NCBI GenBank assembly: GCA_963739985.1
Contig: CAVUCE010000015.1
Location: forward strand, 6,990 to 70,989
Length of the DNA: 64,000 nucleotides
Reading direction: 5' to 3'
Source: an uncultured Ignavibacteriales bacterium
GTDB lineage: Bacteria; Bacteroidota; Ignavibacteria; Ignavibacteriales; Ignavibacteriaceae
Notes under the pieces: generated by a model
Database searches by the model: none
What the model saw: the letters and a program-made list of their open reading frames with translations, nothing else
What the model was told of the DNA's origin: nothing
Shown here: piece by piece, positions 40,843 through 49,783 of the stretch
How the letters are laid out: each line of letters starts with the position of its first letter
Position numbering within the stretch: the first letter of the stretch is position 1
Translations under genes and position numbers: made by a program

Positions 40843-41651
40843 AAGAAAGCTGCAATGAAACAAGTAATACTATCATCACTGCTACTTATACTAATTCTAG
40901 GGGGAATAGGACAGCGTGTTTACGGCCAGATAAATCCGGAAGCGATGAGAAATGAAGCCGAGCAAGAGATGAAGTTCGGCAGATACGGGGAGTCAATAGA
41001 TTTGTTGAACCGCTATATTTCAGCCCGTCCACAGAAGGCAGATGGTTATAATTTACGGGGAATCTGTTATGAGAAGCGAGAGCAGTTTGAGTTGTCTGTA
41101 TATGATTATCGATCGGCTCGAAAACTTGATCCAAGTAACAAAGAAATCCGGAAGAATTTAGAGAGAGCGACAAGTACTTGGTATAAGTTGCTATATAATA
41201 ATATAGAGGGATATAAGAGGGAAATAGCGATAAACCCAAATAAGGCAGAGAATTATTTAGAGATAGGTAAAGCATATAAGAATTTAGGCAAGTGGGAAGT
41301 AGCCGAGCAATGGTATGATCAGTATTTGGCGAGGGAACATGCATCACCGGATGAGATAATAAGGTATACGGAGATACTGGCGAAGAATAATCATATAGCC
41401 AAGGGTTGGCCGATACTGAAGAAGTATACAGATGAATATCCGGAAGACCAGCGGTTGTGGTCACGTTACGGATATTTTTCAATGTGGTTGGGAAAGAATA
41501 AGATAGCGATAAAGGCATTTGAGAATGCCTTGGCATTGAAGCCATATTTTAAGGAAGCACAAGACGGATTAGATCAAGCCAAGGGTAAGGGATATATTTA
41601 TACTGTTAACGATACTGCTTCAAGATATAATTATGGGATGCCTGTTCCGGC
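39586..41651 (+). repeat. direct repeat copy 1 (2,066 bp)
   Basis: Offset 5,735 nt to copy 2. The encoded 418-aa proteins are identical except R9/H9 (g39611 vs a45346). The intergenic 12 nt and the first 265 codons of the next gene are identical. Antisense ORF translations are also identical, which implies near-100% nucleotide identity. Confidence 0.9.
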
Positions 41652-43758
41652 AAAATACAAACAGTATGCTATTGATAAATATTATTCAATATTAAAAAAG
41701 CGCCCTGATGATAATGAAATTAGATTCAAATTAGTAAAGGAATTAGTAAAAGCGGAAAGATATTCAGAAGCCAATGATGAATTACAAACTTTAATTCAAG
41801 ATACAAGTAAAACTGAATATCAAGACTATTACACTAATTTTAAATCTCTCAGGGATAGTGTCTTTGAGAAGAGAATAACCGACTATGCAGCCAAGTTTAA
41901 AGCAGATCCACATAATAAAGAAGTAGCAATAAAACTTGCTGATGCTTATGGCCATACATATGATTTTGACAGTTCAATGGAAGTATTGTCAGAATATCTT
42001 AAAGGAATTCCTGAAAATAAAGAATTAGATGTAAGATTTTTATATGCTAAATACGCATCATGGAATTACGAATGGAACGAAGCTAGGGTGACTCTTGATA
42101 ACTTATTAAAATATGATCCTAATAATTTAGATTATCAATTACTCAGTGCCCAAATAACTGCCTGGAATGTAACTGAATCTAAACAAGAAGAAATTGATAA
42201 TGCCAGTAGATATATAAAAAATGTTCTTGCAAAAGATCCTAATAATATGCTTGCTTTGATTGCTGAAGTATATCTAAAATCCGGACAGGGTGACATGGTC
42301 TCAGCCAAAAAAGTTGTGGATCAGTTAAAAACTTTATATCCTGAAAAGAAAGAAATAACAGCTATTCAAAATTATTATAATACGCGACTTCTTGTTGCTA
42401 AAGAAAAAGAAATACTTAATATGCGAGGAAAAGCCGGTAAACTATATCTGGCCGGCAATTGTAATGATGCTTTGAAAATTTATGACGATATTTTCGAAAG
42501 GGAAAAAAATCCAAGCAGAGACCTGATTCTTGAATACGCTTCGGTTAGTTCATGTGCAAAAGCGTATACTCAAGCAATAGATTTATACAATCAGGCATTA
42601 AATTTAAGCTATGATAGTGAAACTGCTAGTTTACTTGCTCTAAATTATTTATGGTCCGGTGATACAACTAAATGCTTAATTATGTTACAAGATTTGCAAG
42701 AAAAAAATCCATCAGATTTTCGTACTAATTATTATTTAGGTGATATTTACGAACGAACTAAACAACCTGAAAAAGCTATAGCAATATATGATAGACTCTT
42801 GTCTGATTCTTTAAGAAGCAATTTAGATTCAACACAAATTGCAACATTAGAAACTAGATTAGGTTATCTTAACACCGGATTCGGAGGAGGCTTTGGAAGG
42901 TTTCCTGCATACGTTGCACTTTCACCGATGGCATCTTATTATGCAGATAACCAAGATTTTAGATTATCAGATATTGGTGGGCGGTTAGAGGTAGGAATTA
43001 CCAGTTTCTTAACAATAGGTGCTTCATATTCCCGAACCGGATTAACTAATAAATATTATACAAGATATTTAAGCTCTAACAAGTGGCTTGCATATTTAAG
43101 ATTGGTTAAAGGATTAACAGCTTCAGTCGGCTTCGGAACAATTCATACCGTTGGCTATTCTCCAAAAAACATCGCTGATGCTTCATTGAAGTACCAGGGT
43201 GTTGAAGATAGATTGACTACTTCATTATCTTATGAAACAACAGACGGAAGACTAGCTTTATATTCACCTTATATATTAGATAAAGATTACAGAGTAAACA
43301 TTGTTAGATTTAATATTGATTATTTATTCAGATCAGGTTTTAAGGTATTAGCTAATTATCAACACCTTTCAATAAGCGATAATAATAGCGGAGATAATCT
43401 CCAATTCAGATTAGGTAAATCGCTATACAAAGATTTGTTTATCGGATATGAATATTTGTATTCCAATTTTTCGTTCATGTCTTCATACTATTACTCCCCG
43501 GCAAGTTTTAGTGCACATAGCATTTGGTTTGATTGGAGGCCGTTAAACGAAGACAATATAAAATTAGATTTTGGCGGAAAGTTCGGTTATGTTCCGCAGA
43601 GCGATTACTTGCTTAGAGAAGGATTTGGGCAAATAACCTATAAACCACTTCCTATATTAAATATTGTAGCGAGAATTTCAGCAGCAAGTTCTTATCGATA
43701 TGATGGAAGTTATAACTATTTATCTGGTTTAATTTCGGCATATATCAGCTTGTTTTAA
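40855..43758 (+). CDS. outer-membrane polysaccharide export protein A: TPR region plus C-terminal beta-barrel (PgaA/BcsC/PelB-like)
   Basis: Signal peptide, about 600 aa of TPR-like repeats (ADGYNLRGICYEKREQFELSVYDYRSARKLDPSN...). The C-terminal roughly 300 aa shows an alternating hydrophobic beta-strand pattern ending ...SAYISLF, an OMP-type terminal Phe. Confidence 0.65.
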   Translation: MKQVILSSLLLILILGGIGQRVYGQINPEAMRNEAEQEMKFGRYGESIDLLNRYISARPQKADGYNLRGICYEKREQFELSVYDYRSARKLDPSNKEIRKNLERATSTWYKLLYNNIEGYKREIAINPNKAENYLEIGKAYKNLGKWEVAEQWYDQYLAREHASPDEIIRYTEILAKNNHIAKGWPILKKYTDEYPEDQRLWSRYGYFSMWLGKNKIAIKAFENALALKPYFKEAQDGLDQAKGKGYIYTVNDTASRYNYGMPVPAKYKQYAIDKYYSILKKRPDDNEIRFKLVKELVKAERYSEANDELQTLIQDTSKTEYQDYYTNFKSLRDSVFEKRITDYAAKFKADPHNKEVAIKLADAYGHTYDFDSSMEVLSEYLKGIPENKELDVRFLYAKYASWNYEWNEARVTLDNLLKYDPNNLDYQLLSAQITAWNVTESKQEEIDNASRYIKNVLAKDPNNMLALIAEVYLKSGQGDMVSAKKVVDQLKTLYPEKKEITAIQNYYNTRLLVAKEKEILNMRGKAGKLYLAGNCNDALKIYDDIFEREKNPSRDLILEYASVSSCAKAYTQAIDLYNQALNLSYDSETASLLALNYLWSGDTTKCLIMLQDLQEKNPSDFRTNYYLGDIYERTKQPEKAIAIYDRLLSDSLRSNLDSTQIATLETRLGYLNTGFGGGFGRFPAYVALSPMASYYADNQDFRLSDIGGRLEVGITSFLTIGASYSRTGLTNKYYTRYLSSNKWLAYLRLVKGLTASVGFGTIHTVGYSPKNIADASLKYQGVEDRLTTSLSYETTDGRLALYSPYILDKDYRVNIVRFNIDYLFRSGFKVLANYQHLSISDNNSGDNLQFRLGKSLYKDLFIGYEYLYSNFSFMSSYYYSPASFSAHSIWFDWRPLNEDNIKLDFGGKFGYVPQSDYLLREGFGQITYKPLPILNIVARISAASSYRYDGSYNYLSGLISAYISLF

Positions 43759-43861
43759 TAAAATATCTTCTGATAACTAATGCTCATAGTTTGTCGGAAA
43801 TTAAATCAAGCATTAAATTTTAACATATTAAATAAATGATTCTATATTCAGGAGGCAAATA

Positions 43862-45124
43862 ATGGTTCGTATTTCGAATATTCGGATGTTATTAACGATT
43901 TTAATATTTTTTTGTTTAGCACTTCCTTCTAGCCTAATTAAAGCAAAAGATAATAACAATTCATCTGAAAAATTGAATAATAATTCCGCAGCATATTACA
44001 GTGGGTACGGAAAGAAAGTCCCAATAACCGGTAACGTATCAGAATTAAAAAACTTTTTTGACGCATTAAGTACCACAAAACAAGATAAAATTAGAATAGC
44101 ACATTACGGAGATTCAGTAATATGGGGAGATATTATTACTGATGATTTGAGACAAGATTTTCAAGATAAATTCGGCGGCCACGGTGCAGGTATCCAATCT
44201 GTTTGTTCCGACGATATAAAAGTTAAAGAAACTACAAAACACACTTTCTCTGATAATTGGAAATGGAATTCTCTCTTTACCTCAAACATTGAAAATTTTC
44301 CAATCGGAATTGCGGCTACCTCGGCAACTCCAAAAGGGAATAGCGCATGGATTAAGTACGAAGCTACAAATTTTAGAGAATCTTCAAACTCATTTAAAAT
44401 TGCAAAATTATTTTACAATAACGTAAATGCTGGTGCAAGTATTAAATATTCATTTAACAATGGTCCCGAACAAACAGCTAAACTGAAAGCCGGCAAGAAT
44501 CTTCAAGAATTTGAGATGAACTCATCCGGCAGCGCAAGATCATTAAAAATTACGTTTGAAAATTGCCAGGGTGGTTACTTTTATGCCGTAAGCTTAGAAG
44601 ATGGCAATGGAGTTTATGTTGACAACTTTCCGTTGAGAGGTAACTCGGGAGCTTCATTATTAGATTTTAATGAAGATTTAATGAAAGACTTTAACAAAAA
44701 ATTGAACTATAAACTAATTATTCTAAACTATGGTTTAAATATTGCTTCGGCTGAACAAACTAACTATGAATGGTACAAGCACAAAATGATCCGAGTAGTT
44801 AAATCTTTTCAAAAGAATTTTCCTGATGCTAGTATTTTATTCATGGGAGTTGGAGATAGAAGCATAAAAAAGGGGTCAAGATTTGTTTCTGATCCGGCAG
44901 TTGAAAGATTAATATCGGTACAAAAAGAAATTGCTGAAAAAACGAACGTTGCATTTTGGAATTTATTTGAGGCAATGGGCGGTAAAAATTCGATGACTGA
45001 CTGGGTACAAGCTCGTCCGGCTTTAGGTTATGTTGATTATTCACATTATACTCCTGAAGGCGGAAAATTAGTTGCCGATCTTTTAACTGAAGCATTGATG
45101 GATGCTTATAAAAATTCGCATTAA
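43862..45124 (+). CDS. secreted SGNH/GDSL-fold protein, paralog of 27194-28657
   Basis: IRIAHYGDSVIWGDIITDDLRQDFQDKFGGHGAGI compares with IRIAHFGDSEIEGDLITAELRKKLQSKYGGEGVGY. Similarity continues to the C-terminus (VAFWNLFEAMGGKNSMTDWV vs IAFWNLFNSMGGKNSMGTWV). Confidence 0.65.
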   Translation: MVRISNIRMLLTILIFFCLALPSSLIKAKDNNNSSEKLNNNSAAYYSGYGKKVPITGNVSELKNFFDALSTTKQDKIRIAHYGDSVIWGDIITDDLRQDFQDKFGGHGAGIQSVCSDDIKVKETTKHTFSDNWKWNSLFTSNIENFPIGIAATSATPKGNSAWIKYEATNFRESSNSFKIAKLFYNNVNAGASIKYSFNNGPEQTAKLKAGKNLQEFEMNSSGSARSLKITFENCQGGYFYAVSLEDGNGVYVDNFPLRGNSGASLLDFNEDLMKDFNKKLNYKLIILNYGLNIASAEQTNYEWYKHKMIRVVKSFQKNFPDASILFMGVGDRSIKKGSRFVSDPAVERLISVQKEIAEKTNVAFWNLFEAMGGKNSMTDWVQARPALGYVDYSHYTPEGGKLVADLLTEALMDAYKNSH

Positions 45125-45151
45125 TTTAACCCAAAGTATTATTTTAGCTTA

Positions 45152-45181
45152 AGTGTCTCTGAATAGAGGCACTTTTTTTTG
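45152..45181 (+). terminator. rho-independent terminator after the SGNH paralog
   Basis: agtgtctct / gaat / agaggcact gives a 9-bp stem with one G-U pair, followed by eight T. Confidence 0.75.
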
Positions 45182-45320
45182 AGATTATTGTGAATTATTT
45201 TGATACATATTATGTTCAAAATCTCATTATAAGTATAATTTTTGGACTTATCTTGTTAGAAAGTCATCATTTTTAACGGCACAAAAATTGAAAATTATAC
45301 AAAAAAACAGTTAGGTAATT

Positions 45321-46577
45321 ATGCGACAAAAGATACAAATCAGCCATTCTGGAATAATGCTAGTAGATAAAGCATGGGGAGGATTTTACCGTGGAGGCAC
45401 CTATTTACTAATCGGTCCTCGAAAATCCGGTAGAACTTTACTTAGCCTTCAGTACGCGATGGAAAGCGCACGCCAAAAGGAAGTCTGCTTATACTTTACG
45501 AGTATGCGTCCAAAGGACTTGATGATCCAAGCAGCCTCAATAGACTTTGATCTTCAGCATTATATGAACCAAAACTTGATCATAGTAGTAAGAGTGGCGC
45601 CACCATCAGACTTATACGAGGTAGGCAACCCGGATGAGTTTTTGGTAGAGTATCTTAACGACATAGTCACAGTAGTAGACCAGTACCAGCCAAATAAAAT
45701 AGTATTTGACGAGTTAACGCCATTTATCGGTTTCAGTAACGTAGATCTTTTAGAGGAAGTCTACTCCAGAACAGCCGAAACGATAGAGGATATAGGTATA
45801 ACAAGTTTATTTACGGTAGGAGATCCGGCCACACCGGCAGCCAGTCATATAGTAGACGCATTGGCCAATCACTCCACCGGCATCATATACCTAAAGAAGT
45901 CGGAAGAAGACGAGTTGACTGAAATGGGCAGAACGCAAGGCGGGAAGATGATCATAACGCCAAACATCGGCCATACAGAAGGAAAGTTCAGCTCAAATTA
46001 TTATATAGAGCCGTACCGCGGCATCACTGTAGATTACGGAAATGAAGAAAGTAATAGTTACGGAGAATCTTCCGGTAGCGTCACACAGTCCCGCAAGTAT
46101 AAATCGCTAGCAGAGATAGATTTGCCGAACGAGCAAGTATCTTTCTCTAACATATATACCATGAACGATTTCAATTTAATCTTAAATAACCAGATAGCCT
46201 TGTATAAGAGTACCGGTCAGATATTTACAATAATCTCATTCCGATTGGATTTTACGGCAGAGAAGTTGGGATTATTGACTATCAGCCAGTTACAGAACGC
46301 AGTTCGTTTATCCACGGATAAGAAGGATAAGATCTGCATAATCAACGATAAGGTTATAGTTTTAGTAACGAAGGATGACCCCAAGGGTATCAACTTCTTT
46401 ATAGGTAAGATAAAGAGCAATCTTCCGAACAGCGAACCGGGTTACTTGAGCCGTGTTCTTCAGTATATTTCTGTTTACGCAGTAAAGGTAGATGATCGAG
46501 TTCAGAGTGCAGAAGACATATTGGGTCAGTTATTATCGGAAGATATCCCGGAAAAAAACAAATTAGGATTTCACTAG
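45321..46577 (+). CDS. KaiC/RecA-like plus degenerate GGDEF-like protein, copy 2
   Basis: 418 aa, identical to 39586-40842 except H9 for R9. Confidence 0.6.
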   Translation: MRQKIQISHSGIMLVDKAWGGFYRGGTYLLIGPRKSGRTLLSLQYAMESARQKEVCLYFTSMRPKDLMIQAASIDFDLQHYMNQNLIIVVRVAPPSDLYEVGNPDEFLVEYLNDIVTVVDQYQPNKIVFDELTPFIGFSNVDLLEEVYSRTAETIEDIGITSLFTVGDPATPAASHIVDALANHSTGIIYLKKSEEDELTEMGRTQGGKMIITPNIGHTEGKFSSNYYIEPYRGITVDYGNEESNSYGESSGSVTQSRKYKSLAEIDLPNEQVSFSNIYTMNDFNLILNNQIALYKSTGQIFTIISFRLDFTAEKLGLLTISQLQNAVRLSTDKKDKICIINDKVIVLVTKDDPKGINFFIGKIKSNLPNSEPGYLSRVLQYISVYAVKVDDRVQSAEDILGQLLSEDIPEKNKLGFH

Positions 46578-47386
46578 AAGAAAGCTGCAATGAAACAAGT
46601 AATACTATCATCACTGCTACTTATACTAATTCTAGGGGGAATAGGACAGCGTGTTTACGGCCAGATAAATCCGGAAGCGATGAGAAATGAAGCCGAGCAA
46701 GAGATGAAGTTCGGCAGATACGGGGAGTCAATAGATTTGTTGAACCGCTATATTTCAGCCCGTCCACAGAAGGCAGATGGTTATAATTTACGGGGAATCT
46801 GTTATGAGAAGCGAGAGCAGTTTGAGTTGTCTGTATATGATTATCGATCGGCTCGAAAACTTGATCCAAGTAACAAAGAAATCCGGAAGAATTTAGAGAG
46901 AGCGACAAGTACTTGGTATAAGTTGCTATATAATAATATAGAGGGATATAAGAGGGAAATAGCGATAAACCCAAATAAGGCAGAGAATTATTTAGAGATA
47001 GGTAAAGCATATAAGAATTTAGGCAAGTGGGAAGTAGCCGAGCAATGGTATGATCAGTATTTGGCGAGGGAACATGCATCACCGGATGAGATAATAAGGT
47101 ATACGGAGATACTGGCGAAGAATAATCATATAGCCAAGGGTTGGCCGATACTGAAGAAGTATACAGATGAATATCCGGAAGACCAGCGGTTGTGGTCACG
47201 TTACGGATATTTTTCAATGTGGTTGGGAAAGAATAAGATAGCGATAAAGGCATTTGAGAATGCCTTGGCATTGAAGCCATATTTTAAGGAAGCACAAGAC
47301 GGATTAGATCAAGCCAAGGGTAAGGGATATATTTATACTGTTAACGATACTGCTTCAAGATATAATTATGGGATGCCTGTTCCGGC
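45321..47386 (+). repeat. direct repeat copy 2 (2,066 bp)
   Basis: See copy 1. Identity begins at the ATG and ends after ...cctgttccggc. The two sequences then diverge (caaaataca vs tcctgctta) but both stay in frame. Confidence 0.9.
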
Positions 47387-49463
47387 TCCTGCTTATTCAT
47401 ATCCTATTGATAAGTTTTATCATAAGTTAAAATCTAATCCGGATGATACCGATACACGATTAAAGCTAGTTAAAGCTTTATATAAAGCGAATAGATTAGA
47501 AGAGGCATATCAACAAGTACAAATTTTATCTAAAACTCCGGTCGATTCAACACTGGCATTTCAGGAATTAAAAGATCAGATATTATCATACCGCGAGAAA
47601 TATTATGCGCAAAAAATTGAAGAATATAAAACCAAGCTAAAAGATAATCCGCATGATAAGAAAGCTGTTCTCATGTTAGGTACATATTATGCCAATCTTA
47701 GGGATTACGATAAAGCGACTGAATTGTATAACGACTATCTAAGTTTTGATCCCGGTGATAAAGAAATTATTTATAGAAGTGCACAAGTTGCTGCCTGGAA
47801 TCATGATTTTTCTACGGCTATTGATAAGATGGATGAACTTTTAAAAATGCAGCCTAATAATTTAAAGTATCAAATGTTTAGAGGACAATTGGCAGTTTGG
47901 ACAAGTCGAGATTTAGATTTAGGTGAAAAATATTTAACAAATGTGGAAAAAAGTGATTCGAGTAATTTAAACCTTTTAGTTTCACTTGGATCATTATACT
48001 TGCAGAAACAAAATTTTGATCTTTCGCAAAGTTACATTAAAAGAGCAAAAGCAATCGATCCTAATGAACCTAATCTTAACAAATTAGAATCTGATTATGT
48101 ATTCCAGCAATTAAGGGCACAGCAAGAAAAATTATTTAAGATTCTTGAAGAAGGCCGCAAATTAGCTATGGACGGTGATTGTGAAGCTGCATTGCCTAAG
48201 TACGAAGAATACATGTCGAAAGCTGAACCTAATCGTTTAATAAGAAAAGAATATGCAGACGCAAATGCTTGCGCACATAATTATGCTAAGGCAATAAGTA
48301 TTTATGATGATCTTTTAGGAAATCAGTATGATTATGACATTGACTTACAAAGAGCTAAAGTTTACTACTATATGGGAGATTCAACAAAGGCTCTTTCAGC
48401 CTTTCAGAAACTTGCGGAAGATAACCCTGGTGAGTATGATGTTAATTTGTATTTAGGTGATTCATATACCAAAATGCATGAGTATTCAAAAGCTCGAAGT
48501 GTATATGATAACATTTTAGAAAACAATGATGATAGCTTACGAACTGCTGTCGTGGAGCAAAGGTTATCGTGGTTGCCTGTTACAGGCTTTGCCGGAATAA
48601 TAGATTCTTTCCCCAGTTATGTGTTACTTACTCCAAGTGCAACTTTTTATGGAGATAATTTAGGATTCAGATATAACACACAAGGATTACGAGCCGATTT
48701 AGGAATAGCTCAATTTTTATCAATTGGAGCTGAAGGTAGCAGAGGAACGTTAGCCTCGGATAATTTGAGAGAAAATTTCACTCAATTTAAGTGGAATATT
48801 GGTTTTAGATTTACTCCGGAAATTACTGCCGGTATCGGATTTGGAACTGAGAATTTTGGATTAGCAAATGATCAAAAGAATATAGCTGATGGATATTTCA
48901 AATACGATGTTCCAAAGCATTATGGGGTAAAAGTTAATTTCTCTATGATGGATGCTTCTCAAATCCTTTATTCTCCATTCCTCGTTGGAGTTAGAATGGA
49001 TGCTAAGGCTGTGAATTTTGGAGGTTATTACAGATTCAAAGCCGGGTTTAATTTCTCCGCAAAGTATACATATATCGATGTTTCCGACGGTAATAAAGGT
49101 GGAAATCTTGAGTTGCGTGTTGGAAAATATTTTATGCCGAATTTTTTGTTTGGGTATGAATTTTATAACTCAAATTTTGATTTCAATTCTTATCTCTACT
49201 TTTCACCGCAAAATTATTCATCGCATAGTTTGTTTGCGGATTGGAATATAATTGGAAACGAAAAATTGCAACTAGATGCCGGAGGTAAGATCGGTTTGAT
49301 CACAAATAGTAGCTATATTTTACGTCAAGGTTTTATCTCAGCAACTTATAAAGTTATTAAAAGCTTATCAGTTCAAGCATATTTAGCAGCTGGAAGTAGC
49401 GTACAAGATCAGTCGGGATATAATTCTTTGGCATTTACACTTGCGGCTTACTGGACTCTTTGA
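46590..49463 (+). CDS. outer-membrane polysaccharide export protein B: TPR region plus C-terminal beta-barrel, paralog of 40855-43758
   Basis: The first 265 aa are identical to protein A. The remaining roughly 690 aa are colinear but only about one-third identical by eye, with the same TPR-then-barrel layout. Confidence 0.65.
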   Translation: MKQVILSSLLLILILGGIGQRVYGQINPEAMRNEAEQEMKFGRYGESIDLLNRYISARPQKADGYNLRGICYEKREQFELSVYDYRSARKLDPSNKEIRKNLERATSTWYKLLYNNIEGYKREIAINPNKAENYLEIGKAYKNLGKWEVAEQWYDQYLAREHASPDEIIRYTEILAKNNHIAKGWPILKKYTDEYPEDQRLWSRYGYFSMWLGKNKIAIKAFENALALKPYFKEAQDGLDQAKGKGYIYTVNDTASRYNYGMPVPAPAYSYPIDKFYHKLKSNPDDTDTRLKLVKALYKANRLEEAYQQVQILSKTPVDSTLAFQELKDQILSYREKYYAQKIEEYKTKLKDNPHDKKAVLMLGTYYANLRDYDKATELYNDYLSFDPGDKEIIYRSAQVAAWNHDFSTAIDKMDELLKMQPNNLKYQMFRGQLAVWTSRDLDLGEKYLTNVEKSDSSNLNLLVSLGSLYLQKQNFDLSQSYIKRAKAIDPNEPNLNKLESDYVFQQLRAQQEKLFKILEEGRKLAMDGDCEAALPKYEEYMSKAEPNRLIRKEYADANACAHNYAKAISIYDDLLGNQYDYDIDLQRAKVYYYMGDSTKALSAFQKLAEDNPGEYDVNLYLGDSYTKMHEYSKARSVYDNILENNDDSLRTAVVEQRLSWLPVTGFAGIIDSFPSYVLLTPSATFYGDNLGFRYNTQGLRADLGIAQFLSIGAEGSRGTLASDNLRENFTQFKWNIGFRFTPEITAGIGFGTENFGLANDQKNIADGYFKYDVPKHYGVKVNFSMMDASQILYSPFLVGVRMDAKAVNFGGYYRFKAGFNFSAKYTYIDVSDGNKGGNLELRVGKYFMPNFLFGYEFYNSNFDFNSYLYFSPQNYSSHSLFADWNIIGNEKLQLDAGGKIGLITNSSYILRQGFISATYKVIKSLSVQAYLAAGSSVQDQSGYNSLAFTLAAYWTL

Positions 49464-49480
49464 TAATTACAAAAATTTAA

Positions 49481-49501
49481 GTACCGGATATTTGCCGGTA
49501 C
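49481..49501 (+). terminator. terminator-like hairpin after porin B
   Basis: gtaccgg / atatttg / ccggtac is a perfect 7-bp stem. The downstream region is only moderately T-rich. Confidence 0.4.
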
Positions 49502-49783
49502 AATTATTTCATCTCTCAAAATACAAAACAAATTGGAAAATTTTTAATGTATGAATTTTCCAAATTTATGTTCGGATTCTAATATTCGGTTAAATTTTAT
49601 TATCAACACATAAGTCTGCATATATAAAATAATTTATTGTAACGATTTGATACAAAAGTCAAAGTGCAATCTTACTCTGTGACAAATATTTATATAAAAA
49701 GTGCGAAATTGAGCTTGAATAGCAATATTTTGATGGCACCATAATTGAGAAATTCATTAAAAAACAACTAAATAAAGATTACG

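Noticed and set aside
40886-41545. 219-aa antisense ORF inside the TPR-porin gene, with an identical copy at 46621-47280. The 67- and 71-aa antisense ORFs at 40482-40879 and 46217-46614 belong with it.
   Set aside because: They lie wholly antisense to well-supported genes. They encode S/L/P/T/Y-rich low-complexity sequence. Their openness is explained by the unusual codon usage of the repeat block, and their duplication simply reflects the DNA repeat.
39537-45320. Mobile-element explanation for the 2-kb direct repeat (an IS, transposase, integrase or terminal inverted repeats at the repeat ends)
   Set aside because: No transposase or integrase ORF, and no inverted or direct target-site repeats, were seen at either boundary. 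The boundaries coincide with a start codon and an in-frame position inside a gene, which favours recombination or gene conversion.
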